Source: Acidobacteriota bacterium (GTDB taxonomy: Bacteria > Acidobacteriota > UBA890 > WLXD01). From it: a DNA stretch of 64,000 nucleotides. Location: contig CAXWPH010000011.1 in NCBI GenBank assembly GCA_963666055.2, positions 224,001 to 288,000 on the forward strand, in the 5' to 3' direction. Both the position numbers and the translations under genes were made by a program. This document shows, one piece after another, positions 37,954 to 49,878 of the stretch. How positions within the stretch are numbered: the stretch's first letter is position 1; every line of letters begins with the position of its first letter. The notes under the pieces were generated by a model. It had not been told where the DNA came from. It searched no databases and saw only the letters and a program-made list of their open reading frames with translations.

Positions 37954-38937
37954 TCAGACGGCGTCCGGCGGCGGCGGCAGGTCCGATAGATCCATATCGA
38001 GCGTTAGCCCCATCTCCGCCAGCACCTCTTTGATCTCCTGAAGCGACTTCTTACCGAAGTTCTTGGTCTTCAACATCTCCTGTTCACTGCGCTGTACGAG
38101 ATCGCGGATGGTGCGAATGCTCGCATTCTTCAGGCAATTATAGGAGCGCACCGAAAGCTCGAGCTCGTCAACAGAGCGATTCAGATGCGAGTAGAACGCG
38201 GTGAGATCCTGGTCGGGCTCGTCGTGCTCGTGTTGCGGCTCCTCCTCGATGTCGACGAAGATCGCCAGATGATCGCGCATCAGCTTACCGGCCAGCGCGA
38301 TCGCACGGTCGGGTGTGACCGTACCGTTCGTCCACATCTCGAGCACCAGGCGCTCGTAATCCGTTGAGCGACCGAGCCGTGCACGCTCCACCTTGTAGTT
38401 CACGCGCTTGACTGGCGAATGCACCGCATCGATGGGAATCCAGCCGATGCCCATATCCTCTTCCATATTCCGATCAACGGGAACGTAGCCGCGGCCACGC
38501 GCCAGACGCATCTGCAGTTCGATCGCCCCCCCTTTGGACAGGGTGCAGATGTGCGCATCCGGGTCGATGCAGGTGAAATCGGGATCTTGCTCGATATCCG
38601 CGGCCGTCACCGAGCCCTCGGCGTCCTTGCGTAGGACCAGGGTCTTCGGCTTATCGACGTTCAGGCGGAACGGAATGCTCTTGAGGTTGAGGATCAAATC
38701 GGTGGTGTCTTCGATCACGCCGGGAAGCGAGCTGAACTCGTGCAGCACGCCCTCCACTTTGAGCGCCGTGATTGCCGCACCCTCGACAGAGGACAGCAGC
38801 ACTCGACGCATCGCGTGCCCGACGGTGATGGCAAAGCCGCGTTCGAACGGCTGGGCGACGAACTTCCCGTATCCATCTGTTAGCGAATCGAGATCGACCT
38901 CGAGTCGCTTGGGTCGTTGGAACCCAGTCCAGAGCAT
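37954..38937 (-). CDS. rpoA: RNA polymerase subunit alpha
   Basis: [42 protein letters not shown]. Confidence 0.97.
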   Translation of the reverse strand: MLWTGFQRPKRLEVDLDSLTDGYGKFVAQPFERGFAITVGHAMRRVLLSSVEGAAITALKVEGVLHEFSSLPGVIEDTTDLILNLKSIPFRLNVDKPKTLVLRKDAEGSVTAADIEQDPDFTCIDPDAHICTLSKGGAIELQMRLARGRGYVPVDRNMEEDMGIGWIPIDAVHSPVKRVNYKVERARLGRSTDYERLVLEMWTNGTVTPDRAIALAGKLMRDHLAIFVDIEEEPQHEHDEPDQDLTAFYSHLNRSVDELELSVRSYNCLKNASIRTIRDLVQRSEQEMLKTKNFGKKSLQEIKEVLAEMGLTLDMDLSDLPPPPDAV

Positions 38938-38985
38938 ATCCGGGGCCTCCTGAAAGACAGCGGTTTCTGCAGCGCGTCGATTGCT

Positions 38986-39615
38986 CTACTTCGAGTAGAG
39001 CTCGACGATCAGCTGTTCTTGGATTTCGATGCCGACATCTTCACGCATCGGCAATCGCGCCACGGTGCCGGTGAGCTTGTCGTGGTCTATCTCGATCCAC
39101 TCGACCGGGCTCCCTACCTTGGCGTTCTCGACGGCCAGCATAATCTCGGTGTTGTTGCTACTACGGTCGCGTACTGCAACCGTATCGCCCTGATGTGCCT
39201 GGTACGAAGGTATGTCGACGCGTGAGCCGTTGACCGCGATATGCCCGTGCTTGACCAACTGGCGGGCGTGTGACCGCGATAGTCCGAACCCCATGCGGTA
39301 GACGACGTTGTCGAGGCGCCGCTCGAGCGACATCAACAAAGTCTCTCCGGTGATCCCACGCTCGCGCGCCGCGGCGTAAAAGTAGCGGCGGAATTGGCGC
39401 TCCAGCACGCCATAGATGCGCTTCACCTTCTGCTTCTCGCGCAACTGCGCCGAATAATCCGATGGACGACGACGTCGCCGTCGCCCATGCTGGCCGGGCG
39501 GGTAGTTACGCCGCTCGATCGCGCACTTGTCCGACATGCAGCGCGTGCCCTTGAGGAAGAGCTTCATCGCTTCCCGTCGGCACAACTTGCAAACCGGGCC
39601 CGTATAACGCGCCAC
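38986..39615 (-). CDS. rpsD: 30S ribosomal protein S4
   Basis: [33 protein letters not shown]. Confidence 0.97.
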   Translation of the reverse strand: MARYTGPVCKLCRREAMKLFLKGTRCMSDKCAIERRNYPPGQHGRRRRRRPSDYSAQLREKQKVKRIYGVLERQFRRYFYAAARERGITGETLLMSLERRLDNVVYRMGFGLSRSHARQLVKHGHIAVNGSRVDIPSYQAHQGDTVAVRDRSSNNTEIMLAVENAKVGSPVEWIEIDHDKLTGTVARLPMREDVGIEIQEQLIVELYSK

Positions 39616-39640
39616 TGTTGTTACCTCCTAAGGACCAACC

Positions 39641-40027
39641 TCAGACTCTGCGTTTCTTCGGTGGCCGGCATCCGTTGTGTGGAATCGGCGTCACATCGCG
39701 GATCGCCGTGACGTTGATGCCGGCAGACTGCAAACCTCGTATCGCTGATTCACGCCCGGCTCCAGGTCCCTTGATACGAATCTCGACGCGCTGAATGCCG
39801 TGCTCTTTGGCCTTGGTGGCGGCGTCGGTGGCGGCGATCTGAGCAGCAAACGGGGTGCCCTTACGCGATCCCTTGAACCCCTTCGACCCGGAGCTTGACC
39901 ACGAGATCGTATTCCCTTCCGTATCGGCGATCGTGATGATCGTGTTGTTGAACGTCGCCTGAATGTGGGCTATGCCCGCGGCGATGTTCTTCTTGACCTT
40001 CTTCTTGCCTGGCTTTCGATGTGCCAT
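39641..40027 (-). CDS. rpsK: 30S ribosomal protein S11
   Basis: [26 protein letters not shown]. Confidence 0.97.
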   Translation of the reverse strand: MAHRKPGKKKVKKNIAAGIAHIQATFNNTIITIADTEGNTISWSSSGSKGFKGSRKGTPFAAQIAATDAATKAKEHGIQRVEIRIKGPGAGRESAIRGLQSAGINVTAIRDVTPIPHNGCRPPKKRRV

Positions 40028-40093
40028 AGCCTGAACCTGTATTTATTCCCTGGAGTGGCCGCGTTGCCGGCTCGTTCGGTGCTCGACCAGGGG

Positions 40094-40474
40094 CTAGAGT
40101 TTGGCCTTCTGTCTCTTCTTGATGGCCATGCCTCGTGGCCCCTTCCGGGTTCGCGCGTTCGTCTTGGTGCGCTGCCCACGAACCGGCAGGTTGCGCCTGT
40201 GCCGCATGCCGCGGTACGAGCCGATCTCGATCAACCGCTTGATGTTCATCTGAAGCTCTTTCCGTAGATCGCCCTCGACTCGGCCCTGGCGATCGATCAC
40301 CTGACGAATGCGGCTTACCTCCTGCTCGGTCAGGTCCTTCACGCGGCGCTCGACCTCGACCTTCGCGGTCGCAAGAATCGAGTGCGCGCGTGCGCGACCG
40401 ATACCAAAGATATCGGTCAACGCGATCTCAACGCGCCTGTCCAGACGCAAATCCACACCCGCGATACGGGCCAT
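40094..40474 (-). CDS. rpsM: 30S ribosomal protein S13
   Basis: [25 protein letters not shown]. Confidence 0.97.
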   Translation of the reverse strand: MARIAGVDLRLDRRVEIALTDIFGIGRARAHSILATAKVEVERRVKDLTEQEVSRIRQVIDRQGRVEGDLRKELQMNIKRLIEIGSYRGMRHRRNLPVRGQRTKTNARTRKGPRGMAIKKRQKAKL

Positions 40475-40564
40475 CGGAAAGCTCCTCTTACTGACGTCCG
40501 CCGAGCTCGAGCGCGAGTGCCACGTTCGACACCGACTCCGGCTGCTCTGTTTCGACCGCTGGCG

Positions 40565-40678
40565 TTATCCTTGCCGCTGCTTGTGCTTTGGGTTCTCGCA
40601 GATGACGTAGACTGTGCCCCTGCGGCGCACAATCTTGCACTTGTCACACATGCGACGAACGGACGCTCTCACCTTCAC
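40565..40678 (-). CDS. rpmJ: 50S ribosomal protein L36 (too short for the ORF track)
   Basis: Manual translation from GTG: [37 protein letters not shown]. Confidence 0.96.
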   Translation of the reverse strand: MKVRASVRRMCDKCKIVRRRGTVYVICENPKHKQRQG

Positions 40679-40715
40679 GGCAAACTCCCACCAACTTTAT
40701 CTCAGCGGAGAGCCG

Positions 40716-40724
40716 ATTGTAGCA
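40716..40724 (-). promoter_or_regulatory. Putative extended -10 promoter for the rpmJ-alpha operon
   Basis: TGcTACAAT ~38 bp upstream of rpmJ. Confidence 0.45.
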
Positions 40725-40780
40725 GGATTGCGACTCGCCGGCATCCACCCCCACACCGCCTGAGCGCGAGTCGATATTCC

Positions 40781-41002
40781 TTACTTGTAGCGGTACACGA
40801 TTCGTCCACGTGCCAGGTCGTAGGGCGACAGCTCCACCAGCACTTCGTCACCCGGGAGGATGCGGATGAAGTACTTCCGCATCTTTCCGGAGATATGCGC
40901 CAGCACCTTGTGCCCGTTGTCGAGCTCGATCCTGAACATGGCGTTCGGCAACGTCTCGACGACCTTGGCGCGAACCTGCACGGCCTGTTCTTTCTGCGTC
41001 AT
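40781..41002 (-). CDS. infA: Translation initiation factor IF-1
   Basis: [39 protein letters not shown]. Confidence 0.97.
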   Translation of the reverse strand: MTQKEQAVQVRAKVVETLPNAMFRIELDNGHKVLAHISGKMRKYFIRILPGDEVLVELSPYDLARGRIVYRYK

Positions 41003-41009
41003 GCTTTAC

Positions 41010-41792
41010 TCAGCGGCTCGCGACTCGGGCCATCTTCCGGTCACCCGATGCGCTGAGGACCCAAGGGCCCTCGTCAGTGATTGCCACGCTGTGTTCGAAG
41101 TGTGCCGAAGGTCGACGATCCACGGTCACGGCTGTCCAGCCATCGTCGAGAACCTCCATCGCCGCACTACCGAGATTGACCATGGGCTCGATCGCCAGGA
41201 CCATCCCCGGCCGCAACCGAACGCCAATGCCCGGAGGTCCGAAGTTGGGGATCTGCGGATCCTCGTGCAGCGACCTACCAATCCCGTGCCCGACGAACTC
41301 TCGTACCACCGAGAATCCGGCCGATTCTACATGCTGCTGCACGGCGTGCGAGATATCGCCCACTCGGTTGCCAGTCACACATTGATCGATAGCGCAGTCT
41401 AACGCCTCGGCGGTCACGAGGAGCAACCGGTGCACCTCAGGCTCGAGCGGCGGCACCGGCACCGTGATCGCCGAATCGCCGTAGAAGCCGTCGAGACAGA
41501 CACCAAGATCGAGACTGAGGATGTCCCCTGGCGCGAGCCGTCGGGTCGGCGACGGAATACCGTGCACGATCTCCTCGTTCAGCGACGCGCACACGGTGGC
41601 CGGGAAGCCCCGATAGCCCTTGAAGGCGGGCTCGCCACCAAGCTCGCGCACGCGAGCCTCGGCATAATCGTCGAGCTGGGCCGTGGTCACCCCGGGAGCC
41701 ACGCGCGCTGCCAGCTCGTCGCGAACCGTGGCGACAATCTGGTTGGCGGCGTGCATGCGCTCGAGCTCAGCCGGCGACTTGTACTCAATCAT
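41010..41792 (-). CDS. map: Methionine aminopeptidase type I
   Basis: SLNEEIVHGIP, GHGIG..LHEDP, AIEPM, SAHFEH. Confidence 0.96.
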   Translation of the reverse strand: MIEYKSPAELERMHAANQIVATVRDELAARVAPGVTTAQLDDYAEARVRELGGEPAFKGYRGFPATVCASLNEEIVHGIPSPTRRLAPGDILSLDLGVCLDGFYGDSAITVPVPPLEPEVHRLLLVTAEALDCAIDQCVTGNRVGDISHAVQQHVESAGFSVVREFVGHGIGRSLHEDPQIPNFGPPGIGVRLRPGMVLAIEPMVNLGSAAMEVLDDGWTAVTVDRRPSAHFEHSVAITDEGPWVLSASGDRKMARVASR

Positions 41793-42448
41793 GCGCTCAC
41801 CAGCTCGCTGAGCGCCGCGTCACTGCGCTCGAACACCTCATCAATTCCAGCATCGCCGTCGATCCGAACAAGTTGCCCCTTCGCTCGGTAACGATCCACC
41901 AGCGGTCGCGTCTTCTCGCGGTAGACGGCCAGCCGCTCGCGTACGACGTGCTCGCGATCATCATCGCGTTGGACGAGCTCGGTACTGCAACGATCGCATC
42001 GCGAGCCCTGTGCCGGCGGATTGAACGTCATGTGATAGTTGGCACCGCACTCCGGGCATGCACGGCGGCGCGACAGCCTCTCAACGAGAACGCTTTCAGG
42101 CACGTCAAGGTAGAGCACCAAGTCAACGCCCTCGTGGGACGTTCGCGCCAGCAGCTCATCCAAGGCAACTGCCTGAACCGTAGTACGCGGGAACCCATCC
42201 AGGATGGCACCGGCGGCGGTGTCCGGCTTCCGCAATCGCTCCTGCACGACCTCGCGCATCGTGTCGTCGTCGACGAGCCCGCCGGAATCCATGATCGCCT
42301 TCATCTTGCTCCCGAGCTCGTCCCCTGCGGCCACGGCCTCGCGAAGCATGTCCCCGGTAGATACCTGTGGGATGCCGTACTTGGCCGCGAGGCGCGCCGC
42401 CTGCGTGCCCTTGCCGGCACCCGGCGGCCCAAGAAAGACCACCAGCAT
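41789..42448 (-). CDS. adk: Adenylate kinase
   Basis: GPPGAGKGTQA, STGDMLR, LDGFPRT, Zn-lid CPEC..CDRC; ATG 42448 overlaps the secY stop. Confidence 0.96.
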   Translation of the reverse strand: MLVVFLGPPGAGKGTQAARLAAKYGIPQVSTGDMLREAVAAGDELGSKMKAIMDSGGLVDDDTMREVVQERLRKPDTAAGAILDGFPRTTVQAVALDELLARTSHEGVDLVLYLDVPESVLVERLSRRRACPECGANYHMTFNPPAQGSRCDRCSTELVQRDDDREHVVRERLAVYREKTRPLVDRYRAKGQLVRIDGDAGIDEVFERSDAALSELVSA

Positions 42449-43833
42449 CAGACGAACCGCCGCGACTTGATCCGTCCGCCTTTGATGAAGCCGTCGTAGT
42501 GCCGCATGACGAGTTGGCTTTCTACCTGGCGCACGGTGTCCATCGACACGCCGACGAGAATCAACAGCGAGGTTCCACCGAAGAAGAACGTGACCCCGAG
42601 CCCTTCCGTAACCCACAACGGCAGCATCGAGTCGAGATACGGGCCGATCAACGGGATCGGGGCTACCTTGAACCCCGAGATCAGGAACTGCGGCAACATC
42701 GCCACCGCTGCCAGGTAGACGGAACCGATCAACGTCAGCCGGGTCAGAATGTCGTCGATGTACTGAGCCGTACGCTTGCCAGGCCGGATACCGGGAACGA
42801 AGCCGCCGTACTTGCGCATGTTGTCGGCGACATCCTCCGGATTGAAGATGATCGCGGTGTAGAAGTAGCAGAAGAAGATAATCCCGCTCACGTAGATCAG
42901 ATTGTAAAGCGGCATTCCCCATGCCAACGCATCGCTCACCGCCTGTGCCCACGGATGGGTAATGAACGACGTGATCGTCTGCGGGAACATGATGATCGAG
43001 GAGGCGAAGATCACCGGGATAACGCCAGCCGTATTGACGCGAATCGGCAGGTGGGTACTCTGCCCACCGTAGAGCTTTCGGCCTACGACGCGTTTGGCGT
43101 ATTGCACCGGTATGCGACGCTGACCGCTCTCCATCAACACCACGAACCCGGTAACCGCAACCATGAGCGCACCGAGCAACGCCAGCGTCAGCAGGTTGAG
43201 CGATCCGGCCTCGAGCTGCAGGTAGGTGGTGATCAGCGCGGTCGGGAGGCTGACTGCGATTCCCGCGAAGATGATCAGCGAGATGCCGTTACCGATGCCG
43301 CGCTCGGTGATCTGCTCGCCGAGCCACATCAGGAATGCGGTCCCGGTGGTGAGCGTAAGCACCGTCATCAGGCGGAAGCTCAGGCCTGGCGTATCAACGA
43401 AGGACGCGCCCGACGGGCTCGTGGTGCTCTCGAGCACGAAGGCAATCGACATTGATTGGACAATCGAAAGAAGAATCGTGCCGTAGCGCGTGTACTGGGT
43501 GATCTTCTTGCGGCCGAGGTCGCCCTCTTTCTGCAATCGCTCCAGGTAGGGCCATACGACCGTCAACAACTGCAGAATAATCGACGACGAGATGTACGGC
43601 ATAATGCCGAGCGCAAAGATCGTCATGTTGCTCAGGGCGCCGCCCGAGAACAGATCGACGAAACCGAAGAAGCTCCCCTGCAGAGACTGGAAAAACTCCA
43701 GAACCGCAGCCGAGTTGACCCCAGGCGTGGGGATGTTGGCACCAACCCGGAAAACGGCTAGCAGGCCGAACGTATAGAAAACCCGCTGACGGAGCTCCGG
43801 AATCGCCAGGATGTTCCGGAAGCTCTCGATCAT
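42448..43833 (-). CDS. secY: Preprotein translocase SecY
   Basis: FALGIMPYISSSII, GIGNGISL, GGFVPGIRPG, GGTSLLI. Confidence 0.97.
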   Translation of the reverse strand: MIESFRNILAIPELRQRVFYTFGLLAVFRVGANIPTPGVNSAAVLEFFQSLQGSFFGFVDLFSGGALSNMTIFALGIMPYISSSIILQLLTVVWPYLERLQKEGDLGRKKITQYTRYGTILLSIVQSMSIAFVLESTTSPSGASFVDTPGLSFRLMTVLTLTTGTAFLMWLGEQITERGIGNGISLIIFAGIAVSLPTALITTYLQLEAGSLNLLTLALLGALMVAVTGFVVLMESGQRRIPVQYAKRVVGRKLYGGQSTHLPIRVNTAGVIPVIFASSIIMFPQTITSFITHPWAQAVSDALAWGMPLYNLIYVSGIIFFCYFYTAIIFNPEDVADNMRKYGGFVPGIRPGKRTAQYIDDILTRLTLIGSVYLAAVAMLPQFLISGFKVAPIPLIGPYLDSMLPLWVTEGLGVTFFFGGTSLLILVGVSMDTVRQVESQLVMRHYDGFIKGGRIKSRRFV

Positions 43834-44279
43834 CCGAGCACCTCCGCAGTGCCGCCAGCCTCGGTGATCTTCATGGCCGCCGAGCTCGTGAAGCGGTGGA
43901 CCTTGATGTTGAGCGCCACGCCAAGCTCACCGCGCCCCATCACCACGACCTTGTCGTAGCGCCCCTTGATCAAGCCGGTCGAGGCGAGCAACTCGGGATC
44001 GACCGTGCTACCAGTGTCGAAGCGCGCCAACTGGTCGAGGTTCACCTCCGCCCAATTCGTCCGAAAAGGATTCTTGAATCCGCGCTTGGGAATACGGCGA
44101 ACGAGCGGCATCTGCCCGCCCTCGAAACCGCCTTTGCGGCTGTAGCCTGAACGCGATTTGGCACCGTTCTCACCGCGGCAGCTGGTCTTGCCGTGGCCCG
44201 AGGAGCGGCCACGACCGACTCGCTTGCGCGCCCGTCGACTACCCTGCTTCGGCCCTACCTCGTGGATCTTCACGCCCAA
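43830..44279 (-). CDS. rplO: 50S ribosomal protein L15
   Basis: RVGRG.SSG.GKT, GFEGGQMPL.RR.PKRGF. Confidence 0.96.
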   Translation of the reverse strand: MGVKIHEVGPKQGSRRARKRVGRGRSSGHGKTSCRGENGAKSRSGYSRKGGFEGGQMPLVRRIPKRGFKNPFRTNWAEVNLDQLARFDTGSTVDPELLASTGLIKGRYDKVVVMGRGELGVALNIKVHRFTSSAAMKITEAGGTAEVLG

Positions 44280-44308
44280 CCTCCTGTCGGATCGCCAAAC
44301 CTGGCGGC

Positions 44309-44497
44309 CTACGACCCGGCTTCCTCCACCTTCACTAGATGCGAGATTACGTTAATCTGCCCACGTACGCGCGGCGAGTCGTCACGCTCGACACGATGGC
44401 CAATGCGCCGCAGACCCAGTCCCTTGAGCGCCTCGTGCTGCGGCTTCGGCCGTCCGATCTTGCTACGCGTCTGCTCGATGATCAGCTTCTTCGCCAT
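44309..44497 (-). CDS. rpmD: 50S ribosomal protein L30
   Basis: RSKIGR...[10 protein letters not shown]...SHLVKV; position in spc operon. Confidence 0.93.
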   Translation of the reverse strand: MAKKLIIEQTRSKIGRPKPQHEALKGLGLRRIGHRVERDDSPRVRGQINVISHLVKVEEAGS

Positions 44498-44509
44498 GGT
44501 CCGGATCCT

Positions 44510-45037
44510 TTACTTTGCCGAAGGCTGCAGGTGCTCGAGCGGCACGCCACGGATGCGTGCTACGTCTGCTGGGTCTTTGAGCTTGGCGAACGCGTCGAAG
44601 GTCGCCTTGAGCATGTTGTGCGGGTTACGCGACCCGATGCACTTCGTGAGGATGTCACCCACGCCGGCTAGCTCGAGCGCCGCGCGCACCGCACCGCCGG
44701 CGATCACTCCGGTCCCGGGTCCGGCAGGCTTGAGCAGCACGTGCCCAGCGCCATACCGACCCTCGATACCATGCGGCACCGTCGTACCGCTCATCGGCAC
44801 CTTCACGAGCGACTTCTGCGCTTCTTGCACGCCCTTGCGAATCGCCAGCTGCACCTCACGGGCCTTGCCGAGCCCATACCCAACGTGCCCATGACGATCA
44901 CCAACCACGACCAAGGCGTTGAACCCGAGATTCTTGCCGCCCTTAACCACCTTGGTGACGCGATTGATCGCCACCACGGTGTCCTGCAGCTGATGCTCGA
45001 TTTGAGACTGGTCGATGTAGTTGACTCTCTTCTTCAT
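44510..45037 (-). CDS. rpsE: 30S ribosomal protein S5
   Basis: [23 protein letters not shown]; ATG 45037 chosen. Confidence 0.96.
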   Translation of the reverse strand: MKKRVNYIDQSQIEHQLQDTVVAINRVTKVVKGGKNLGFNALVVVGDRHGHVGYGLGKAREVQLAIRKGVQEAQKSLVKVPMSGTTVPHGIEGRYGAGHVLLKPAGPGTGVIAGGAVRAALELAGVGDILTKCIGSRNPHNMLKATFDAFAKLKDPADVARIRGVPLEHLQPSAK

Positions 45038-45050
45038 TCGCCGCCTCTCC

Positions 45051-45428
45051 TCAGAATTCCAGGCCGCCCTCGCGCGCGGCTTCGGCAAGCGCTTGGACGC
45101 GCCCGTGATAGTCGTAGCCGCCACGGTCGAAGACGATCTGCTTGATGCCAGCGCCAAGAGCGCGCTCGGCAAGCAACGTACCCGCCGCAGCGGCGGCTTC
45201 GCAATTCGCCCCGGCATCGAAACCGCGCGCATGAAACGCCTTCTCGAGCGTCGACACCGACGCCAAGGTGCGCCCGGCATTGTCGTCAATGATCTGTAAA
45301 TGCAGGTGCCGATTCGATCGGAACACGCACAACCGTGGGCGCTGCTCACTGCCGCTCACCTTGCGTCGCACGCGGAGCCGCACTGCCGCCCGCCGGGCTT
45401 CTTTTTTCTTCCTGCGATTAACCTGCAT
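45051..45428 (-). CDS. rplR: 50S ribosomal protein L18
   Basis: [34 protein letters not shown]. Confidence 0.96.
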   Translation of the reverse strand: MQVNRRKKKEARRAAVRLRVRRKVSGSEQRPRLCVFRSNRHLHLQIIDDNAGRTLASVSTLEKAFHARGFDAGANCEAAAAAGTLLAERALGAGIKQIVFDRGGYDYHGRVQALAEAAREGGLEF

Positions 45429-45443
45429 GGGTCGAAACCTCTA

Positions 45444-45989
45444 CTAGGCAGCCGTTACGCCGGCCTTGCCGACCTTCGTGCGAACCAACTCATCGCGGTA
45501 GCGAATGCCCTTGCCTTTGTAGGCGTCGGGCGGGCGGTAGCGTCGGATTTGCGCGGCAATCTCGCCTACCCGTTGCTTGTCGATGCCCTCGACGACGATC
45601 TTCGTCTGCTCCGGCGTGGAAATCTGGATATCCTTCGGCACCGGAAACTCCACCGAATGCGAGAATCCAAGCTGCATGCTCAGCGTGCTTCCCTGCATCG
45701 AGGCCCGGTAACCAATGCCCTGAATCTCCAGCTCTCGCTTGAAGCCTTCGCTCACGCCGACCACGGCATTAGCCGCCAACGCCCGCGCCAAACCGTGAAA
45801 GGCCCGCGTCTGCTTGGCATCGTCGGCACGCTTCGCCAACAACTCGGCACCCTCGATCTCGAAGCTAATGCCGGCGGGCACCGGCGAAGTCAGCTCGCCC
45901 TTTGACCCGGTCACGACGAGCCGGTCGCTCCCTATGTCGACCTTTACGCCGTCTGGCACCGGGATGGGCTTGTATCCAACGCGTGACAT
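45444..45989 (-). CDS. rplF: 50S ribosomal protein L6
   Basis: MSRVGYKPI, LGFSH, RPPDAYKGKGIRY; ATG 45989. Confidence 0.96.
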   Translation of the reverse strand: MSRVGYKPIPVPDGVKVDIGSDRLVVTGSKGELTSPVPAGISFEIEGAELLAKRADDAKQTRAFHGLARALAANAVVGVSEGFKRELEIQGIGYRASMQGSTLSMQLGFSHSVEFPVPKDIQISTPEQTKIVVEGIDKQRVGEIAAQIRRYRPPDAYKGKGIRYRDELVRTKVGKAGVTAA

Positions 45990-45991
45990 GG

Positions 45992-46387
45992 CTACCACAC
46001 CTCGCAAAGCACCTCGCCGCCGATGCCGTGTTCGCGGCACTGACGATCGGTGAGAACACCGCGCGAGGTCGAAATGATGGCAACTCCCAATCCGTTCAGA
46101 ATGCGCGGCAGGTCGCTCTTGCCACAATAGATGCGGCAGCCCGGCTTGCTGACGCGCTGCAACCCGGTAATCGCCGACTCTTCGCCGCCGACGTACTTGA
46201 GCTCGATGTCGATTGCGCCCTGGGGGCCATCCTCGATGGGCTCGACCGATTTGACGTACCCCTCTTCGCGCAGGATTCGGGCGATCTCGTGCTTGGTCTT
46301 TGACGCCGGAATTCGTACGTGGTCATGCCGCGCACCAATAGCGTTGCGAATCCTGGTCAGCATGTCTGCGACTGGGTCTGTCATCAT
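45992..46387 (-). CDS. rpsH: 30S ribosomal protein S8
   Basis: [31 protein letters not shown]. Confidence 0.97.
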   Translation of the reverse strand: MMTDPVADMLTRIRNAIGARHDHVRIPASKTKHEIARILREEGYVKSVEPIEDGPQGAIDIELKYVGGEESAITGLQRVSKPGCRIYCGKSDLPRILNGLGVAIISTSRGVLTDRQCREHGIGGEVLCEVW

Positions 46388-46403
46388 GGTTCGGGTCTCC
46401 GGC

Positions 46404-46589
46404 CTACCAGCTCGCCTTCTTGACGCCTGGAAGCTCCCCGTTCAGCGCCCGCTGTCGAAAGCAGATGCGGCAAAGCTGGAACTTCCGCATATACGCTCGC
46501 GAGCGTCCGCAGAGACGGCAACGACTGACCCTGCGAGTCGAGAACTTGGGCTTGCGCTTCGACTTGGCGATCCAAGCTGTGGTGGCCAC
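46404..46589 (-). CDS. rpsN: 30S ribosomal protein S14 (zinc-binding type Z)
   Basis: RCRLCGR...CRICFR...[11 protein letters not shown], 61 aa. Confidence 0.96.
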   Translation of the reverse strand: MATTAWIAKSKRKPKFSTRRVSRCRLCGRSRAYMRKFQLCRICFRQRALNGELPGVKKASW

Positions 46590-46602
46590 GTTTGTTAGCG
46601 TC

Positions 46603-47151
46603 CTATTCGTCGCGGCGGAACGGCATGCCCAGCGCCTCGAGCAACGTGCGGGCGCCTTCGTCCGTAGCCGCGGATGTACAAATCGTCACGTTCATACCCC
46701 GAACCTTGTCCACCTTGGTGTAGTCGACCTCGGGAAAGATGAGCTGGTCGGTGAGGCCTAGAGTGTAGTTTCCGCGACCGTCGAACGATCGCCGCGGAAC
46801 ACCGCGAAAATCCCTCACGCGAGGCAACGTGATGGTGATCAGCCGATCCAGAAACTCCCACATTTTCTTGCCGCGCAAAGTCACCGAGCAGCCTACCGGC
46901 ATCCCCTCGCGCAACTTGAATGCAGCAATGGACTTGCGAGCACGGCGTATCACCGGCTTCTGGCCGGTAATCACGCTGAGCTCGTCTACCGCCTTATCGA
47001 GCTCCTTGATGTCTTGTGAAGCGCCCCCAACGCCCATGTTGACGCTGATCTTGACGAGTCGCGGCGCCGCCATCGGGTTCGAATACGCGTCGTTCTCGAC
47101 GAGCTTGGAAAGGATCTCTTCATCGTAGAGCTTCTTCATACGCGCCATCAT
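46603..47151 (-). CDS. rplE: 50S ribosomal protein L5
   Basis: ITGQKP...[28 protein letters not shown]; ATG 47151 or 47148. Confidence 0.96.
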   Translation of the reverse strand: MMARMKKLYDEEILSKLVENDAYSNPMAAPRLVKISVNMGVGGASQDIKELDKAVDELSVITGQKPVIRRARKSIAAFKLREGMPVGCSVTLRGKKMWEFLDRLITITLPRVRDFRGVPRRSFDGRGNYTLGLTDQLIFPEVDYTKVDKVRGMNVTICTSAATDEGARTLLEALGMPFRRDE

Positions 47152-47164
47152 CGTCTCGTCCTCG

Positions 47165-47491
47165 TCAACTCTTGTCGATGATGGCGCCTTGACGACTGAC
47201 CCGTACTTTCGAGCCGTCCTCGAGGAACTGATATCCAACCCGCGTCGGCAAGTTGGTCTCGGGGTCAATCACCGCGACGTTGGAAATGTGCAGAGTCTGC
47301 TCGCTGCGCACGAGACCGCCCTTGATGTTCTTCTGCGGGTTCGCCCGAACCGCACGGGTCACCATGTTGACCCCCTCAACGAGCACCCGCTGCTTCTCGG
47401 GGTGCACCGCGAGCACCCGACCGGTCTTGCCCTTGTCGCGCCCCGCGTTGACGTAGACGGTATCGTGGCGCTTCACCCGTGGTCCGGCCAT
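47165..47491 (-). CDS. rplX: 50S ribosomal protein L24
   Basis: [22 protein letters not shown]; ATG 47491. Confidence 0.95.
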   Translation of the reverse strand: MAGPRVKRHDTVYVNAGRDKGKTGRVLAVHPEKQRVLVEGVNMVTRAVRANPQKNIKGGLVRSEQTLHISNVAVIDPETNLPTRVGYQFLEDGSKVRVSRQGAIIDKS

Positions 47492-47862
47492 TACAGCACC
47501 TCGGGAGCAAGCGAAACGATCTTCATGAACCGTCGCTCGCGAAGCTCGCGCCCGACCGGGCCGAACACGCGGGTTCCGATCGGCTCGTTCTGTGCGTCGA
47601 CAAGTACCGCAGCGTTGTTGTCGAAGCGGATGTACGAGCCATCCTTGCGCCCGGTCTCCTTGCGCGTGCGTACGATCACGGCACGCACCACTTCGCCCTT
47701 CTTGATCGTACCGTGAGGCACCGCTTCCTTTACCGCCGCCGAGATGACGTCGCCCAAGCCGGCGATCTGCCCCACACTCGATCCACCCAGCCGCCGGATG
47801 CAAGCGATCTTGCGGGCGCCGGAGTTGTCAGCAACGTCGAGCACCGTCTCCATTTGAATCAT
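47491..47862 (-). CDS. rplN: 50S ribosomal protein L14
   Basis: [32 protein letters not shown]. Confidence 0.97.
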   Translation of the reverse strand: MIQMETVLDVADNSGARKIACIRRLGGSSVGQIAGLGDVISAAVKEAVPHGTIKKGEVVRAVIVRTRKETGRKDGSYIRFDNNAAVLVDAQNEPIGTRVFGPVGRELRERRFMKIVSLAPEVL

Positions 47863-47877
47863 GTGCGTGCCTCGTCG

Positions 47878-48183
47878 TCACTCGCCCGTGCCGACGACGC
47901 CGCCGGGAGCACGTTGGATAATCTCGGCCACACGCCAGCGCTTGCGCGCCGACATCGGCCGGCATTCGGTTACTCGAACACGATCGCCCATCTGGCAGCT
48001 GTTGTCTGCATCGTGCGCCATGAACTTGGTACGCGTGCGGACGACCTTGTTGTACAGCGGATGCGACCAGACGCGCTCGACGGTAATCACCACGGTCTTG
48101 TCCATCTTGTCGCTCGTAACAACGCCGACCTCTTCGCGCTTGTTACCGCGCGGGCGAGTTTCTTCAGCGCTCGCTGTGTTCAT
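47878..48183 (-). CDS. rpsQ: 30S ribosomal protein S17
   Basis: [27 protein letters not shown]; GGAGGA SD before ATG 48183. Confidence 0.96.
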   Translation of the reverse strand: MNTASAEETRPRGNKREEVGVVTSDKMDKTVVITVERVWSHPLYNKVVRTRTKFMAHDADNSCQMGDRVRVTECRPMSARKRWRVAEIIQRAPGGVVGTGE

Positions 48184-48202
48184 TGCAAAGTCCTCCAAGA
48201 GC

Positions 48203-48430
48203 TCACGTAGCGGCCGGAGCCGTCTCGCCGGGTACCGCAGGCGTCAGCTCCCGCTCACGCAGAATCGTCAGCCCGCGTGCAACCTCTCGACGAACTCTAG
48301 ACAGCTTGGCGGCGCTTTCGACTTGGCCGGTGGTTTTTTGGAACCGGAGCTTGAATAGCTGCTCACGCAGGTCTCGGATCCGGTCGTTGATCTCGCTGTC
48401 GGTCATGTCGCGGAGCTCATCGGCTACCAT
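48203..48430 (-). CDS. rpmC: 50S ribosomal protein L29
   Basis: ELR......[12 protein letters not shown]...RREVAR.LT. Confidence 0.94.
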   Translation of the reverse strand: MVADELRDMTDSEINDRIRDLREQLFKLRFQKTTGQVESAAKLSRVRREVARGLTILRERELTPAVPGETAPAAT

Positions 48431-48849
48431 CGCAGCTCCTCCACAACACGCTTCACTACACGCGTGCGAATGGGCAACTTGGCCGCAGCCCGTCGCATTG
48501 CGGCCCGTGCAACGGCCTCACTCACACCTTCTATCTCGTACATGATGCGCCCCGGCCGCACGACCGAGACCCAGAACTCAGGGTTGCCCTTGCCTTTACC
48601 CATCCGAACTTCCGCCGGCTTCTTGGTCACTGGCTTGTCGGGAAACACCCGGATCCAGATCTTGCCGCCGCGCTTGACGTGCCTGGTCATGGCAACGCGA
48701 GCCGCCTCGATCTGACGGGCGGTAATCCACGCCGGCTCCAACGCCTGCAACCCAAACTCACCGAAGGAGACCGTGGCACCACGCAAGGCCTTGCCCCGAC
48801 GATGTCCCCGGTGCTGCTTGCGGTACTTGACTTTCTTGGGCATTAACAT
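48424..48849 (-). CDS. rplP: 50S ribosomal protein L16
   Basis: [22 protein letters not shown]. Confidence 0.97.
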   Translation of the reverse strand: MLMPKKVKYRKQHRGHRRGKALRGATVSFGEFGLQALEPAWITARQIEAARVAMTRHVKRGGKIWIRVFPDKPVTKKPAEVRMGKGKGNPEFWVSVVRPGRIMYEIEGVSEAVARAAMRRAAAKLPIRTRVVKRVVEELRW

Positions 48850-48861
48850 CTGAGACGCTCC

Positions 48862-49521
48862 TTACGACGACGCCCTGGTGCGGCGGGCCAAGTCGGGGCT
48901 GAGTATCTCGCCCTGGTAGACCCACACTTTCACGCCAATGCGCCCGTAGGTCGTGCGGGCCTCGGCAAAGCCATAGTCGATGTCGGCGCGAAGCGTGTGC
49001 AACGGCAGCTTGCCGTGTAGGTACCACTCGGCGCGCGAGATCTCGAGACCGCCAAGGCGTCCCCCGCAGCGTACTCTGATTCCCTCGGCGCCGAAGCGCT
49101 GCGCGTTCTCGACCGCCTTGCGCATTGCGCGGCGGAACGCGATGCGACGCTCCAGCTGCATCGCCACGCTCTCTGCAACGAGCTGAGCATCGAGCTCGGG
49201 GCGATGAACCTCCTGGATGTTGATGAACACCTCGCGGCCAGTCATCTCTTCCACACTCCGCTTCAGGCGGTCGACCTCGGCACCCTTGCGACCGATTACG
49301 ATCCCCGGCCGCGCGGTGTACACATCGATCTTGAGCTTGTTCGCGGCGCGCTCGATATCTACCTTGGAGATCCCCGCGTGATACAAGCGCGTCTTGATCA
49401 TGTCGCGCAGGGCGATGTCCTCGTGCAGCAGTTCGGCGTAGTCCTTGATGGAGAACCAGCGCGAGCGCCACTCCTTCGTGTACCCGAGGCGGAAGCCGTA
49501 TGGATGAACTTTCTGGCCCAA
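48862..49521 (-). CDS. rpsC: 30S ribosomal protein S3
   Basis: [24 protein letters not shown]. Confidence 0.97.
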   Translation of the reverse strand: MGQKVHPYGFRLGYTKEWRSRWFSIKDYAELLHEDIALRDMIKTRLYHAGISKVDIERAANKLKIDVYTARPGIVIGRKGAEVDRLKRSVEEMTGREVFINIQEVHRPELDAQLVAESVAMQLERRIAFRRAMRKAVENAQRFGAEGIRVRCGGRLGGLEISRAEWYLHGKLPLHTLRADIDYGFAEARTTYGRIGVKVWVYQGEILSPDLARRTRASS

Positions 49522-49522
49522 T

Positions 49523-49876
49523 TCAGGCCTCCCTCTCTGCCAGCTTCACCGTCACGTGGCTGGTTCTCTTGATGATCGGGAACGCCCGACCCATGGGCTG
49601 AGGCCGGATGCGTGTCGGTAGCGTCGGACCGGGATCGACCGCAATCGTCGCGATGTAAAGCCCGTCCACATCGACTTCCGGCTTGATGTTTTCGGCGTTG
49701 GCGACCGCCGAGCGCAAGACCTTCTCGATCGCCAGCGAAGCTCGCTTGGTGGAAAGCTCCAGGATACCGAGAGCCTCGGGTACGGCTCGACCTCGGATCA
49801 AGTCAACCACGAGCCGGAACTTCTGCGGCGACCCGCGTAGGTAGCGTCCATACGCCTTGCTCACGTTCTCACTCAT
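49523..49876 (-). CDS. rplV: 50S ribosomal protein L22
   Basis: [28 protein letters not shown]; ATG 49876. Confidence 0.95.
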   Translation of the reverse strand: MSENVSKAYGRYLRGSPQKFRLVVDLIRGRAVPEALGILELSTKRASLAIEKVLRSAVANAENIKPEVDVDGLYIATIAVDPGPTLPTRIRPQPMGRAFPIIKRTSHVTVKLAEREA

Positions 49877-49878
49877 GA